Notes under the pieces: generated by a model
Database searches by the model: none
What the model saw: the letters and a program-made list of their open reading frames with translations, nothing else
What the model was told of the DNA's origin: nothing
Part shown: positions 9,923 to 21,129 of the stretch, in pieces
Position numbering within the stretch: the stretch's first letter is position 1
How the letters are laid out: each line of letters starts with the position of its first letter
Source: Candidatus Uhrbacteria bacterium
GTDB taxonomy: Bacteria; Patescibacteriota; Patescibacteriia; JACQRZ01
DNA length: 46,608 bases
Assembly: GCA_016188385.1 (NCBI GenBank)
Contig: JACPHV010000030.1
Location: 1-46,608 of the forward strand
Direction: 5' to 3'
Translations under genes and position numbers: made by a program

Positions 9923-10233
9923 TCTTCACGTTGCGGCGCTTCCAAAATGACTTGGATGCGGCTGGCAAGCGGCTGCGGGCATCCGAAGTTGAGCGTGTGC
10001 AGAATTTCTTGTTCATGCCCTTGGAGCAGAGCGCCGATAGACGCGTCGGATACAGAAATGGTCAGAGCGCGATACTTGACATACGCGGCTTGCACGCGGT
10101 GACGGCGCGATTCACCGAGCTCTTTGCACAGAACCGCATTGACGCGTTCCAGAGCGAGTGAAAGCGTCACTCCGCGCGTCACATGTGCGCGTTGAGCCGC
10201 ATTTGGAAGCAATGATGAAAGGGGGGTGAACAT
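9919..10233 (-). CDS. DUF721/DciA-like protein
   Basis: 104 aa; ALTISVSDASIGALLQGHEQEILHTLN resembles the DUF721 KH-like fold pattern. Confidence 0.6.
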   Translation of the reverse strand: MFTPLSSLLPNAAQRAHVTRGVTLSLALERVNAVLCKELGESRRHRVQAAYVKYRALTISVSDASIGALLQGHEQEILHTLNFGCPQPLASRIQVILEAPQREE

Positions 10234-10245
10234 GTAATTTCTATT

Positions 10246-13200
10246 TTATAACTGCCTGTATTCGCAGATATCCTTAAAATCGCAGGATTTGCAATGCCAA
10301 CCGGGCGTAGGTGAAAAATCGCTTTTCTTCAATTCCGAAATTGTCTTCGTGATACGCCTCTTGAGCGCCTGTTTCTCCTTTTCAGTGCCGAGAAAAGAAA
10401 TTTTTTTTCCGCTCCCAAGATAATAATACGTCAGCTCAAGCGGTTTTTCGTGCATGATTTCCTCAACAGCGATCTGGTACAAGAGCAACTGTTCCTTATC
10501 CTGCGAGCGAAGCGTTTCGTCTTTTTTTTCGCCGCCTGTCTTGTAGTCAACGATTGCCACGCCTTCTTGCAAGCGGTCGATCCGATCGATCCTTCCTTTG
10601 ATGGTGATCAGCGCGTCTCGCTCGCCTACCTTCATGGTAAAATCCTGCTCTACCGCGTGGATCAGGGGGCGCGAGACAATCAAATCATCATAAAAAGCTT
10701 TCAAGAGCTCTCGTCCCTTCGCGCGGTATTGTTCCTTTTGGTGGATCGTGGCAAACCAATCGTCATGCCATGATTTTTCATAGATCGCGAGCAGATCCTC
10801 GTATGGCGGATAGTAAATCGCTCCAGTATCAGTATACTCCTTTTTCTCATTTCTGAAAAGCGCCGCTTGCGCTCGAGAACCGCGTTCTATGATTTGTTCG
10901 CCATAACGCTGCAGCGTGAGATGCAAGGTTTTTCCAAAACTGAACTGGGCTTTCCCGAATATCGGTATGTTCAGCAAAAAAGCGAATTTATATTGCAGCG
11001 GACAGGTACGAAATGCGGCGAGCTGCGTAAAACTGTATACGGTTGGGATCGGATACGCGCTCAATGACGCAAGCTGCTTGGGAGTGCCGCGATCCGACTT
11101 CGACAGCACATCGTCTTCTATTCCCGTTTTCGTGTCGGAATGCCGCGCATCCGATGCTTGTTCCAACAACCCGATTTCATATAAAAATACAGACGGTTTC
11201 TTCGCGCGAGTTCCTCCATAATCCCGCGAAGAAGTAAAGTGGACGCTTTGCTTCGCGCGAGTAAGCGCTACATAACATAAACGCCTTTCCTCCTGAAGAT
11301 GCACATCCCCTTCCGGCACGAGTTCTTTGGCAAGGCCTTCCGGCAGTGGAATCGCATCTTCCCGCTCAACAGTAGGAAAACGACGATCCACCATGTTTAC
11401 GATGAATACATGCGGAAATTCAAGGCCTTTTGACGCGTGAATGGTCATAACCTTGACAGAATCAGGGCCGCCGTCCGATGCGGCGCGGAGCCTGCCGGAA
11501 TCTCCGGCTTCTTGCTCGTATGAAATTAATTGGAGGAAGTCCTTGAGCCGCGCGTCAGGATGCTGCGTGCCGAACGCGTACATTTTTTTGTATAACTGAT
11601 TCAAGTAATCCAGCGCGTCTCTTTTTTCCAGCGTATCGGCATCTTTCAGAAACGCGAGATACCCCGTATCCCGCAGGATGTGAACGAGCAATTCCGCGCA
11701 CTTCCTGCCGCGCGCAAGATCAGCGTGCTTTTGAATATTGCCGACAATAGAGGCGATGGCGTCTCGATCATGTTTTGCGATGCGGTCCACTGTTTCGGGC
11801 TTGACGCACGCGTCGAACAATGACATGCCTTTCCGGCGGGCAGCGTGTCCAAGCTCGATAAGCGAAGATGTTGAGATACCGAGATGCGGCCAGCAAAGCA
11901 CTCGATACAACGCCGGCCCTTCATGGTAATTAACCAGCACGCGGCAGTACGCAAGCAAGTCAAGAATCACCGGTTTCGCATAGAGCCCCCGCATGGATAG
12001 AAATTGATAGGGAATCTCCAGCTCGCTCAATCGTGCCAAAAACGGATGCGCCGAGGTGTTGGCGCGCGCGAGAATGGCAAAATCCGACCATGTGGATTGC
12101 GGATCACCGCTCTTGATCTCTATGATCGCATCAATTACGGACTCGACCTCTTCATCAAGTGTCGCGCGATGGATATGGGAAATGACTCCGGTATAATCAT
12201 GATGAGCTTTCAGACGTTTTGATAATTCCCCCCGAGAGGCGCCGGTGTATTCGGAACTGTTGCCGTATCCGGCGAGCTGACATTCCAAACGATACGGATC
12301 ATTGCGTTTGATAAATTGATAGGAACAGTCAAGGATATTCTGGCTTGAACGATAATTTCTCGTCAACGCGATTTCTCTACTGTCAGGATAATCCTTTTTG
12401 AATTGCACGATATTCTGGTATGACGCGCCGCGAAATCTGAAAATTGCCTGATCGTCATCTCCCACTACCGTAAGATTACTACGCGGCGCGGCGAGCATGT
12501 TGATCAGTTCGTATTGCGCGAAATTGGTGTCCTGAAATTCATCAACAAGTACGGTGTGGAATTGCTTCTGATACTTTGCAAGCAGCGCGGGCCGCTGTCT
12601 GAACAGCCGCAGAGCGTACGTAATGAGATCCCCGAAATCAAGAGAGTTATTCTCTAAAAGCAGCTGTTGATACACATGATACGCGTCGGCTATCTCGCGT
12701 ATGCGCTTGAGGTCTTCAGGCGCGCCCGTGTTTGATTCATGATCCGTATCCAATTCCATAGTTTGCGCGTATTCAAGATATGCCTGCGGCGAGATGTCTT
12801 CATCCTTCGCGCGGGAAAAATGACTGATCAGGGCGTGGATGAATTTTGACGGATTGCCCAATGGACGGTAATAATCAAGATCGAATCGATCAAGATTTTG
12901 GCGTACGAGAAGCCACGCGGATGTCTGGTCGAGCAAAGTAAAGTCATTCGGCAAACCGATATCAAGACCGTGGCGTTGAAGCATGCGTTCGCAAAACGCA
13001 TGAAATGTCATGATCCAAAGGTTTACATATCCATAGGGAAGCAGCCGATCAACGCGTTCCTCCATTTCTCCGGCAGCTTTGTCCGTAAACGTGACGGCAA
13101 GGATTTCATCCGGTTTGCATGTGCCGGACAGGATCAGCCACGCAATCCTGCGAGTGATCACGGTTGTCTTTCCTGTTCCTGCTCCTGCGACAATGAGCAA

Positions 13201-13275
13201 AGGTCCGGGCGGAGCCGTTACTGCCGCACGCTGCTCTTCGTTCAAGTCTGTGAGAAGATAGTCAAGTGATTCCAT
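10246..13275 (-). CDS. UvrD/PcrA-family SF1 helicase fused to a C-terminal PD-(D/E)XK nuclease with four Cys (AddA/AddB/AdnAB-like)
   Basis: AGAGTGKT, DEFQDT, VGDDDQAIF, NYRS, TIHASKGLEF, EERRLCYVALTRA; then CPLQYKF, GRIDRID, VDYKT, CKSCDFKDIC. Start placed at MESLDYLL. Confidence 0.92.
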   Translation of the reverse strand: MESLDYLLTDLNEEQRAAVTAPPGPLLIVAGAGTGKTTVITRRIAWLILSGTCKPDEILAVTFTDKAAGEMEERVDRLLPYGYVNLWIMTFHAFCERMLQRHGLDIGLPNDFTLLDQTSAWLLVRQNLDRFDLDYYRPLGNPSKFIHALISHFSRAKDEDISPQAYLEYAQTMELDTDHESNTGAPEDLKRIREIADAYHVYQQLLLENNSLDFGDLITYALRLFRQRPALLAKYQKQFHTVLVDEFQDTNFAQYELINMLAAPRSNLTVVGDDDQAIFRFRGASYQNIVQFKKDYPDSREIALTRNYRSSQNILDCSYQFIKRNDPYRLECQLAGYGNSSEYTGASRGELSKRLKAHHDYTGVISHIHRATLDEEVESVIDAIIEIKSGDPQSTWSDFAILARANTSAHPFLARLSELEIPYQFLSMRGLYAKPVILDLLAYCRVLVNYHEGPALYRVLCWPHLGISTSSLIELGHAARRKGMSLFDACVKPETVDRIAKHDRDAIASIVGNIQKHADLARGRKCAELLVHILRDTGYLAFLKDADTLEKRDALDYLNQLYKKMYAFGTQHPDARLKDFLQLISYEQEAGDSGRLRAASDGGPDSVKVMTIHASKGLEFPHVFIVNMVDRRFPTVEREDAIPLPEGLAKELVPEGDVHLQEERRLCYVALTRAKQSVHFTSSRDYGGTRAKKPSVFLYEIGLLEQASDARHSDTKTGIEDDVLSKSDRGTPKQLASLSAYPIPTVYSFTQLAAFRTCPLQYKFAFLLNIPIFGKAQFSFGKTLHLTLQRYGEQIIERGSRAQAALFRNEKKEYTDTGAIYYPPYEDLLAIYEKSWHDDWFATIHQKEQYRAKGRELLKAFYDDLIVSRPLIHAVEQDFTMKVGERDALITIKGRIDRIDRLQEGVAIVDYKTGGEKKDETLRSQDKEQLLLYQIAVEEIMHEKPLELTYYYLGSGKKISFLGTEKEKQALKRRITKTISELKKSDFSPTPGWHCKSCDFKDICEYRQL

Positions 13276-13285
13276 AGTCAAAGGA

Positions 13286-13335
13286 AGTATACCGACCGCA
13301 CCACCCTTTACGCAAGCGATTGCCTGCGTTATAGT
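13286..13335. promoter_or_regulatory. Putative overlapping divergent sigma70 promoters
   Basis: Plus strand: TTTACG(13307-12)-17 bp-TATAGT(13330-35). Minus strand: TTGCGT(13315-10)-18 bp-TATACT(13291-86). Confidence 0.45.
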
Positions 13336-13370
13336 AATGTTCATACATTTAGTGACGGAGGAGGTAAGAA

Positions 13371-13559
13371 ATGAGCAGTGTGCTCTGGGCTGTCGTGTGG
13401 GCAGCCACATGTTATTTTTCCTTTTTCTGCGGCGTGTCTATGACCTGTCAGGCATTCGCAAAGGTGTCAAAGACTACCGTAGGCATCTCTCTTCCTGTCC
13501 ATGTATTGTTTGTCCTTTTTTGTTTTGTCGGAGCAATGATATTGCTCAAGGTGTTGTAG
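13371..13559 (+). CDS. Small two-TM hypothetical protein (62 aa)
   Basis: Strong RBS GGAGGAGGT just before ATG; two hydrophobic stretches. Confidence 0.6.
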   Translation: MSSVLWAVVWAATCYFSFFCGVSMTCQAFAKVSKTTVGISLPVHVLFVLFCFVGAMILLKVL

Positions 13560-13604
13560 AACTTGAATCGGAAAAGACCGCACCGTCACGAAAGGAGGCT
13601 TTGC

Positions 13605-14264
13605 GTGACGACAGGAACATTGACGGATGACAAATCCGTCAAAGGGATGGCCTGGCGAGCCGACGACCGCGAAGGGCGTGAGCTGCGCACTCCGCAAGTT
13701 CCGCCGCCCCCGCCACCGCCACCGGAGGGACCGAAAAAATCCGGGCCCTCGGAAGGGCCGGACAAGAGACGGGCGAGATATCTCGTCCGGCGAGCGCTCT
13801 TCGCGTTTGAAGAGGCGCTCGGACTCTATGCAGTGTTGGGGACAATGTTTCCCGACCTGCAAAGAGTCTTGCAGGTGGTAAACCTGCCGAACGTTCTTAC
13901 CAACATCATTGTCGCACTCCGCAACAAGCTCGCTGAACTCCATGACGAAGGCGAACCAATGGCGGATATCCCTCGAGATGACAGCGAGCAGATCGCGATG
14001 CAATACCTCGGGGAGATCCCGCAGCCCGCATGTGCCGCGCAACGCGACATGCTTTCCGGCGAAGACCTCGCGGAGCTCTCGCGCAAGCTCGGCGCGATAC
14101 CGGAGAGTTCCCGGATAGCCACGATCCAAGAAGTGGTTGGACCTGAAGTCCAAATCGGTTCCCCTGAATGGCAGAACGCATCATTAAAACCCGATGACGA
14201 GCAGGTCGGGCTTCGACGGTGGGTGTTTGTAAGATTAATTGAAAAGCTCCTTGGGCGAAAGTAA
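13605..14264 (+). CDS. Hypothetical protein with a poly-Pro (P8) tract
   Basis: AAAGGAGG RBS before an in-frame GTG at 13605; followed by a terminator. Confidence 0.65.
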   Translation: MTTGTLTDDKSVKGMAWRADDREGRELRTPQVPPPPPPPPEGPKKSGPSEGPDKRRARYLVRRALFAFEEALGLYAVLGTMFPDLQRVLQVVNLPNVLTNIIVALRNKLAELHDEGEPMADIPRDDSEQIAMQYLGEIPQPACAAQRDMLSGEDLAELSRKLGAIPESSRIATIQEVVGPEVQIGSPEWQNASLKPDDEQVGLRRWVFVRLIEKLLGRK

Positions 14265-14290
14265 AAAAGTAATCGCCAATGACCTTGTAC

Positions 14291-14325
14291 GCGCGCCGCG
14301 ACTTTGCCGGCGCGCTATTTTTATT
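14291..14325 (+). terminator. Intrinsic terminator
   Basis: GCGCGCCG...CGGCGCGC followed by TATTTTTATT; lies between convergent genes. Confidence 0.7.
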
Positions 14326-14336
14326 ATGAAATCATC

Positions 14337-14771
14337 CTATTCCAGCGTGCCTCGGTATCCGACATTACTGCCTTTTCGCCATTTACGAGCGACTCGGAGG
14401 CGGGCTAATTCTTTCTCCATCTTTGCGGACAACGTGGCGTATTCAATCGCGTCAAAATTCGTTTCCGCCAAAATCTCTTCAGCGCGTTTTCTCGCTTCCT
14501 CCGCGCGCTCTTCGATGATTTCTTCAACGCGCTCCGCAGTATCGGCTAAGATCGTAATCACGCGCTGGCGTACTTGCACGACTCCGCCGGACACGGCAAG
14601 CGGTATCGTTTCACTCAACCGAGAGATGATAAGCTCGCCCGGCTTGAGAATACCGACAAGCGGCACGTGATCTTCGAGTACGGTAATTTCCCCTTCCTCG
14701 GTGGGAAGCGTGACGTATTCTATCTCGTCAGAAAATACGATGCGTTCCGGCGTTACAATCGATAAATGCAT
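14337..14771 (-). CDS. atpC: F0F1 ATP synthase epsilon
   Basis: IVTPERIVF, GEITVLEDHVPL, ITILADTAE. Confidence 0.95.
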   Translation of the reverse strand: MHLSIVTPERIVFSDEIEYVTLPTEEGEITVLEDHVPLVGILKPGELIISRLSETIPLAVSGGVVQVRQRVITILADTAERVEEIIEERAEEARKRAEEILAETNFDAIEYATLSAKMEKELARLRVARKWRKGSNVGYRGTLE

Positions 14772-14797
14772 TGCGGCGGCACAAGTGGCGTTAACAT

Positions 14798-16186
<1,389 letters not shown>

Positions 16187-16202
16187 TTACTTGTTAACAA
16201 CT

Positions 16203-17117
16203 TCACACCTCAAGCGCCGCGCGTCCCGCGGAGAGCTCCGCGATCTCTTGCGTAATCGCGGACTGCCGGATTCGATTAAAGCTTAGCTCCAATTCGCCAA
16301 CCATATCAGATGCTGCTTCGGTTGCATTGTGCATCGCCATCATGCGCGCGCTGTGTTCTGAAGCTTCTGTCTCAAGCACCGATTGAAAAATCTGCGTCTC
16401 AAGCAAGCGCGGGATGATATGTCCGAGCACATGCTGTTCCGAAGGCTCAAACACGAATTGAGAATAATCCGCTTTCCCCGCGTCGCGATCTTCCGCCTTC
16501 TGTTGCGTGATACCGCCGCGTGCCGTACCAAGCGATGCATTCAGCGGCAGAAGCTGCCATGCCTCGATGTCCTGCTTCACGCTTGAAACGAATGTTGATG
16601 ATACGATATCCACTCGATCCAGAGAACCATCAGAGTATCCGCGAGTAATCATATGGATGATACCTGAAATATCAGTGATAGAGTTTGTAATATCTGCTTT
16701 TACAAAATCAGCGTTGATCACGTATCCATGGCGAGCTACGGTGTCGCGCGCGCGTTTGCCAAATGTAATAATGTCGACGTCACGCGCGCCCTGCTCGCGC
16801 GCGCGGCGTATTGCTTCAATGCCTTTGAGCGCCAAATGCGTGTTAAAGCTTCCGCATAGTCCGCGATTACTGCTCAAGATGACAACCGCGCTTCGTCGAA
16901 TAGGACGGACCGCGAGCAACGGATGGAGAGCGCGGTCCGCGCGCGATGAGAGATGCGCTAACAAATCCCACGCGCAGCGCGCGTAAGATCGAGTCGCGAG
17001 CGCGGCCGCTACGGCTTTGCGCATTTTCGCTCCGGACACCAATTCCATTGCTTTAGTGATCTTTTTGGTATTACGGACAGAACGTATCTGCCGTCGGAGA
17101 GTAAGTGTGCTTGGCAT
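16203..17117 (-). CDS. atpG: F0F1 ATP synthase gamma
   Basis: KITKAMELVS, RGLCGSFN, SEHSARMMAM, RQSAITQEI. Confidence 0.98.
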   Translation of the reverse strand: MPSTLTLRRQIRSVRNTKKITKAMELVSGAKMRKAVAAALATRSYARCAWDLLAHLSSRADRALHPLLAVRPIRRSAVVILSSNRGLCGSFNTHLALKGIEAIRRAREQGARDVDIITFGKRARDTVARHGYVINADFVKADITNSITDISGIIHMITRGYSDGSLDRVDIVSSTFVSSVKQDIEAWQLLPLNASLGTARGGITQQKAEDRDAGKADYSQFVFEPSEQHVLGHIIPRLLETQIFQSVLETEASEHSARMMAMHNATEAASDMVGELELSFNRIRQSAITQEIAELSAGRAALEV

Positions 17118-17119
17118 AC

Positions 17120-18652
17120 CTAGAGTTTGAAACCTATGTTGAATTCCTCGATGGCTGTTTTGAGGGATGTCTCGTCTTGCTCGCTCAATTCGCCCGTAGT
17201 ACGAATCGAGGAAAGAAGTTCTTTTTTGCTTGCTCCAAGAAAAGAACGGAACGCAGTCTCAAACTCTCGAATCTTTTCCGTTGGCACATCGTCAAGATAC
17301 CCGTTCACCGCGGCATAGAGAACCGCGACTTGTTCTTCAACGCTGAGCGGCTGGTACTGATTCTGCTTGAGAAGTTCCGTGAGTCGCGCCCCGCGCTTCA
17401 GCTGCTTTTGCGTCGCTTCATCCAAATCAGACCCGAATTGAGCGAATGCCGCAAGTTCGCGATACTGCGCGAGGTCAAGGCGCAATTTGCCGGCAACTTT
17501 TTTCATCGCTTTGGTTTGTGCCGCGGATCCCACGCGAGATACGGACAAGCCGACATTAAGCGCGGGACGAATACCTTGATAAAATAAATCTGTTTCCAAA
17601 TAGATCTGCCCGTCAGTAATGGAAATGACATTGGTTGGAATATATGCCGAAACATCACCTGCTTGCGTTTCAATGACGGGCAAAGCAGTCAACGATCCGC
17701 CGCCGCATTCTTTGCTCAACTTTGCGGAACGCTCCAGCAAGCGGGAATGGAGGTAAAAAATATCACCGGGGTAGGCTTCGCGTCCCGGCGGACGGCGGAG
17801 CAGCAATGATAACTGACGATAAGCTACGGCGTGTTTTGATAAATCATCATAGACAACGAGCACATCTTTGCCCTGATCCATAAAGTATTCGCCCATGGCG
17901 CATCCGCAGAACGGCGCAAGAAATACAAGAGACGCCGGATCTGAGGCGCCCGCGAGCACCACGGTGGTATATTCCATTGCCCCTTCCTCCTGAAGGCGCG
18001 CAACGATACGAGCTACCTTTGATTCTTTTTGTCCCACGGCAACATATATGCAGTGCACCGCCTTGTCTGTGTTCCAAAATTTCTTTTGATTGATGATCGC
18101 ATCGATCGCTACCGCGGTCTTGCCGGTCTGCCGATCTCCGATGATCAGTTCCCGCTGGCCGCGGCCGATCGGAATAATCGCATCAATCGCTTTTACTCCT
18201 GTCTGAAGCGGCTGATGCACTGATTGCCGCGTGATAACTCCGGGAGCAATCTTTTCAATCGGGTAGTGCGCCGACGCTTGGATCGCGCCGCGTCCGTCAA
18301 GCGGTTCACCAAGAGAATTTACGACGCGCCCCACAACCGCTTCTCCTACCGGCACATCCAAAATACGTCCCGTACTCTTCACGACAGTCCCTTCATGCAA
18401 TGACGTGTAATCCCCCAATATCATCGCTCCTATGGTATCTTCTTCCAGGTTAAGAACAACAGCGTGTATCTGTGTGCCGTCAGCGGTCTCGCAGGCAAGA
18501 ATTTCCGATTGCTTTGCCGAGCGCAAACCGACAATACGAGCGATGCCGTCTCCCACTTCGACGATGCGGCCGATATGCGAGACAGTAGCTTCTGATTTCA
18601 CATCGGCAATATGTTTTTCAAGAACCTCAAGAAGATAATTTGTATCTGCCAT
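17120..18652 (-). CDS. atpA: F0F1 ATP synthase alpha
   Basis: [26 protein letters not shown]. Confidence 0.99.
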   Translation of the reverse strand: MADTNYLLEVLEKHIADVKSEATVSHIGRIVEVGDGIARIVGLRSAKQSEILACETADGTQIHAVVLNLEEDTIGAMILGDYTSLHEGTVVKSTGRILDVPVGEAVVGRVVNSLGEPLDGRGAIQASAHYPIEKIAPGVITRQSVHQPLQTGVKAIDAIIPIGRGQRELIIGDRQTGKTAVAIDAIINQKKFWNTDKAVHCIYVAVGQKESKVARIVARLQEEGAMEYTTVVLAGASDPASLVFLAPFCGCAMGEYFMDQGKDVLVVYDDLSKHAVAYRQLSLLLRRPPGREAYPGDIFYLHSRLLERSAKLSKECGGGSLTALPVIETQAGDVSAYIPTNVISITDGQIYLETDLFYQGIRPALNVGLSVSRVGSAAQTKAMKKVAGKLRLDLAQYRELAAFAQFGSDLDEATQKQLKRGARLTELLKQNQYQPLSVEEQVAVLYAAVNGYLDDVPTEKIREFETAFRSFLGASKKELLSSIRTTGELSEQDETSLKTAIEEFNIGFKL

Positions 18653-18668
18653 AAGTTTTGGTAAATGC

Positions 18669-19076
18669 TTACGAGACGTTAGGAATAAGAGCGTTCTTGA
18701 GCTGATTGATCCGCGATTTCAGTGAAGAATCTATCATGGTATCGCCGATCGTGATGACGGCACCGGCAATCAGCGAAGTATCTACTGTTATCGCCGCTTC
18801 AGGCCTGCCGCCATGAAGCTTGGCGGCTGTTTGTTCAATGAATCGAATATCCGCTTCCACCAAAGAATGAGCCGATAGCACAGTGACGGTATATACGCCA
18901 TCACGTTTGTGCAGCTGGGCAACCAACTCTCGCGCGATAGCATCAAGAATGCGGGACTTGCCGCGGCGGACATAGTATGACGCAAGACGCGCGACTGCGC
19001 TTTGAACATCTTCCCTCTTCGCGCTTTTGGAAAATTCAATCAAGCTTTCGGCATACATGCGTGGCGTTGCTTTCAT
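18669..19076 (-). CDS. atpH: F0F1 ATP synthase delta (short form)
   Basis: Operon position; [22 protein letters not shown]. Confidence 0.85.
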   Translation of the reverse strand: MKATPRMYAESLIEFSKSAKREDVQSAVARLASYYVRRGKSRILDAIARELVAQLHKRDGVYTVTVLSAHSLVEADIRFIEQTAAKLHGGRPEAAITVDTSLIAGAVITIGDTMIDSSLKSRINQLKNALIPNVS

Positions 19077-19083
19077 ATCACCT

Positions 19084-19587
19084 CTATGTTGCTTTGCTCA
19101 CAAGATCCAAGGCTTTTGTTCGCAAACGGCCTGTGAGCTGCTCGTCGCTCACATCCTTAAGTATTCGTTCGCTCGCCGCAAGCACGAGCGCTCCGAATTC
19201 CCGCTCCGCGGATGCAAGCATGTGTTCTTTTTCCATACGGATTTTTTCCCGCGCTCCCTCCACGACTCCGTGCACTTCGCTCTTTGCTTTTTCCATGAGA
19301 GCCGCGGATTTTTCTTCAGCATGTTTTGTCGCCTGTTCGACGATCGCCGATGCCTGCTCTTTTGCTTTCTCGAGCTCTTCAGCTCGCATCTGTTCGACCG
19401 ATGCCAGCTTATCTTGAATCGTTTTTGCTTCCTCGATGCTTTTTTCGATCAATGCGCTTCTTTTTTCGAGCATGCCAAGCAAAGGTTTATACAAAAAACG
19501 ATGCAATAAAAATAGCAGTATGCCAAAATTTACGATCTGCGCGATCAAGAGCCGTACATCAATGCCTAGATTTGCTAATGCTTCCAT
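19084..19587 (-). CDS. atpF: F0F1 ATP synthase b
   Basis: AQIVNFGIL...FLYKPLLGMLEKR followed by a coiled coil. Confidence 0.95.
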   Translation of the reverse strand: MEALANLGIDVRLLIAQIVNFGILLFLLHRFLYKPLLGMLEKRSALIEKSIEEAKTIQDKLASVEQMRAEELEKAKEQASAIVEQATKHAEEKSAALMEKAKSEVHGVVEGAREKIRMEKEHMLASAEREFGALVLAASERILKDVSDEQLTGRLRTKALDLVSKAT

Positions 19588-19621
19588 ACGAGTAAGCGTG
19601 CTGGTACTTTCAAATTTCTCC

Positions 19622-19882
<261 letters not shown>

Positions 19883-19906
19883 TCAATTAATAATTAATAG
19901 TAAGAA

Positions 19907-20647
19907 TCAATGAGAAGATTCAATGGTAGACATTTTCAGAAATACAAGCGTTAACATCGCAAATACCATTGCCTGGATAAATCCCACGAATACTTCCAAA
20001 AACAAAAACGGCAGCGGGACGATATACGGAGCCAGGAAAAACATTACCATCAAGAGCACTTCGCCCGCAAAGATATTGCCGAAGAGGCGAAAAGAGAATG
20101 AAATGAGCTTTGCAATTTCAGAAATCAATTCAAGCACACCTACGAAAAAATTCAAGGGGTTCGAAAAGTTGATAAATCGCGAAGCGTATTTGAAGAATCC
20201 GATACTGGCGATACCGACGCATTGAACCACAACGACACTGATAAGCGCGAGCGCGAGGGTAAAGTTTAAATCTGCGGCAGTGGAACGAAAAAGTGGTACA
20301 AGAACGGCTTTACCTTCATGTACTTCTCGAATTCCGATCGAACCGACTCCCGGAAGCAATCCAAGCCAGTTCCCGATGAGCACAAACATAAAAATCGTAG
20401 CGACTAAAGGAAAAAATCGCAACGACTGGCGTTTGTCTCCCGTCACGCTATCCACCAGCTTCAATATAGTCTCAAGCACGATTTCAAAAAAATTTTGCGC
20501 GCCTCGAGGCACAAGCGAGACGCGTCTCGTAGCGATCAAAGATGCCGCGACGAGCGCTATCATCACGATCCAAGCGACAAGAATGCTGTTTGTGACGGGA
20601 AATCCCGCTATCGAAAATACTTTTTCTGCTGCTACGGATATATTCAT
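19907..20647 (-). CDS. atpB: F0F1 ATP synthase a
   Basis: SFSFRLFGNIFAGE, IQAMVF. Confidence 0.97.
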   Translation of the reverse strand: MNISVAAEKVFSIAGFPVTNSILVAWIVMIALVAASLIATRRVSLVPRGAQNFFEIVLETILKLVDSVTGDKRQSLRFFPLVATIFMFVLIGNWLGLLPGVGSIGIREVHEGKAVLVPLFRSTAADLNFTLALALISVVVVQCVGIASIGFFKYASRFINFSNPLNFFVGVLELISEIAKLISFSFRLFGNIFAGEVLLMVMFFLAPYIVPLPFLFLEVFVGFIQAMVFAMLTLVFLKMSTIESSH

Positions 20648-20669
20648 AGGTGTTTCTTCTCGATTGCGG

Positions 20670-20930
20670 CTATCGTTTGTCTGAGCACGCTTGTGTTTTT
20701 TCCGCCTCGGCCATCAGCTGGACTGTCTTGCGGAACACCAAGATGCTCGAGATAATAATTGATATCACAACGCCGATGAGAAAAAACAACGGGGAACTGC
20801 TCAAAAGCGCGTCCGCGTATCGCCCCAACAAAGCTAATCCAACCAACGGAACGGCCACCAAAAAACCAATGGTCCATACGATACCAAGCATCGACAACAT
20901 GTTTCCCGTTGATTGGCTTGATTTTTCCAT
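20670..20930 (-). CDS. AtpZ/AtpI-family membrane protein
   Basis: First gene of the atp operon; two TMs with the GRYAD...SSPLF pattern. Confidence 0.8.
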   Translation of the reverse strand: MEKSSQSTGNMLSMLGIVWTIGFLVAVPLVGLALLGRYADALLSSSPLFFLIGVVISIIISSILVFRKTVQLMAEAEKTQACSDKR

Positions 20931-20938
20931 AATTGGGA

Positions 20939-21091
20939 ATTGAGGCCTCTGAAAAAGGTCTTCACGGTCATTTCCGATTCACTTTCCGACTCAAAACTGT
21001 GATGAACGCGAAGGAATACTGGAGTATTCCGACAAGTTCAGCGCGGTTTTGAGACGAAAGTGGGCGGAAAGGAGCCGGAAGAAGTCTCAAT
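20939..21091. repeat. About 150-nt imperfect palindrome (MITE/REP-like relic or structured RNA)
   Basis: Nested arms: ATTGAGGC/GTCTCAAT, TTTCCG/CGGAAA, CACTTT/AAAGTG, CTCAAAAC/GTTTTGAG, TGAAC/GTTCA, centred on GGAATAC-TGGA-GTATTCC. Confidence 0.8.
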
Positions 21092-21121
21092 AGTATATAT
21101 CGAAAAAATATGATTGGTCAA
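21092..21121 (-). promoter_or_regulatory. Putative sigma70 promoter of the atp operon
   Basis: TTGACC(21121-16)-18 bp-TATACT(21097-92). Confidence 0.55.
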
Positions 21122-21129
21122 CTGTCAAA

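Noticed and set aside
10246-11050. Cas4-like domain suggesting a CRISPR system
   Set aside because: It is the C-terminal nuclease of a UvrD fusion; there is no cas1/cas2 or array in the window.
13467-14153. 228-aa minus-strand ORF
   Set aside because: Antisense shadow of the RBS-led 13605-14264 gene; no RBS or motif.
20939-21091. Possible CRISPR repeat (contains GTTTTGAG), tRNA or SRP RNA
   Set aside because: It is a single inverted repeat with no repeat-spacer periodicity, no cas genes, no cloverleaf and no SRP domain IV motif.
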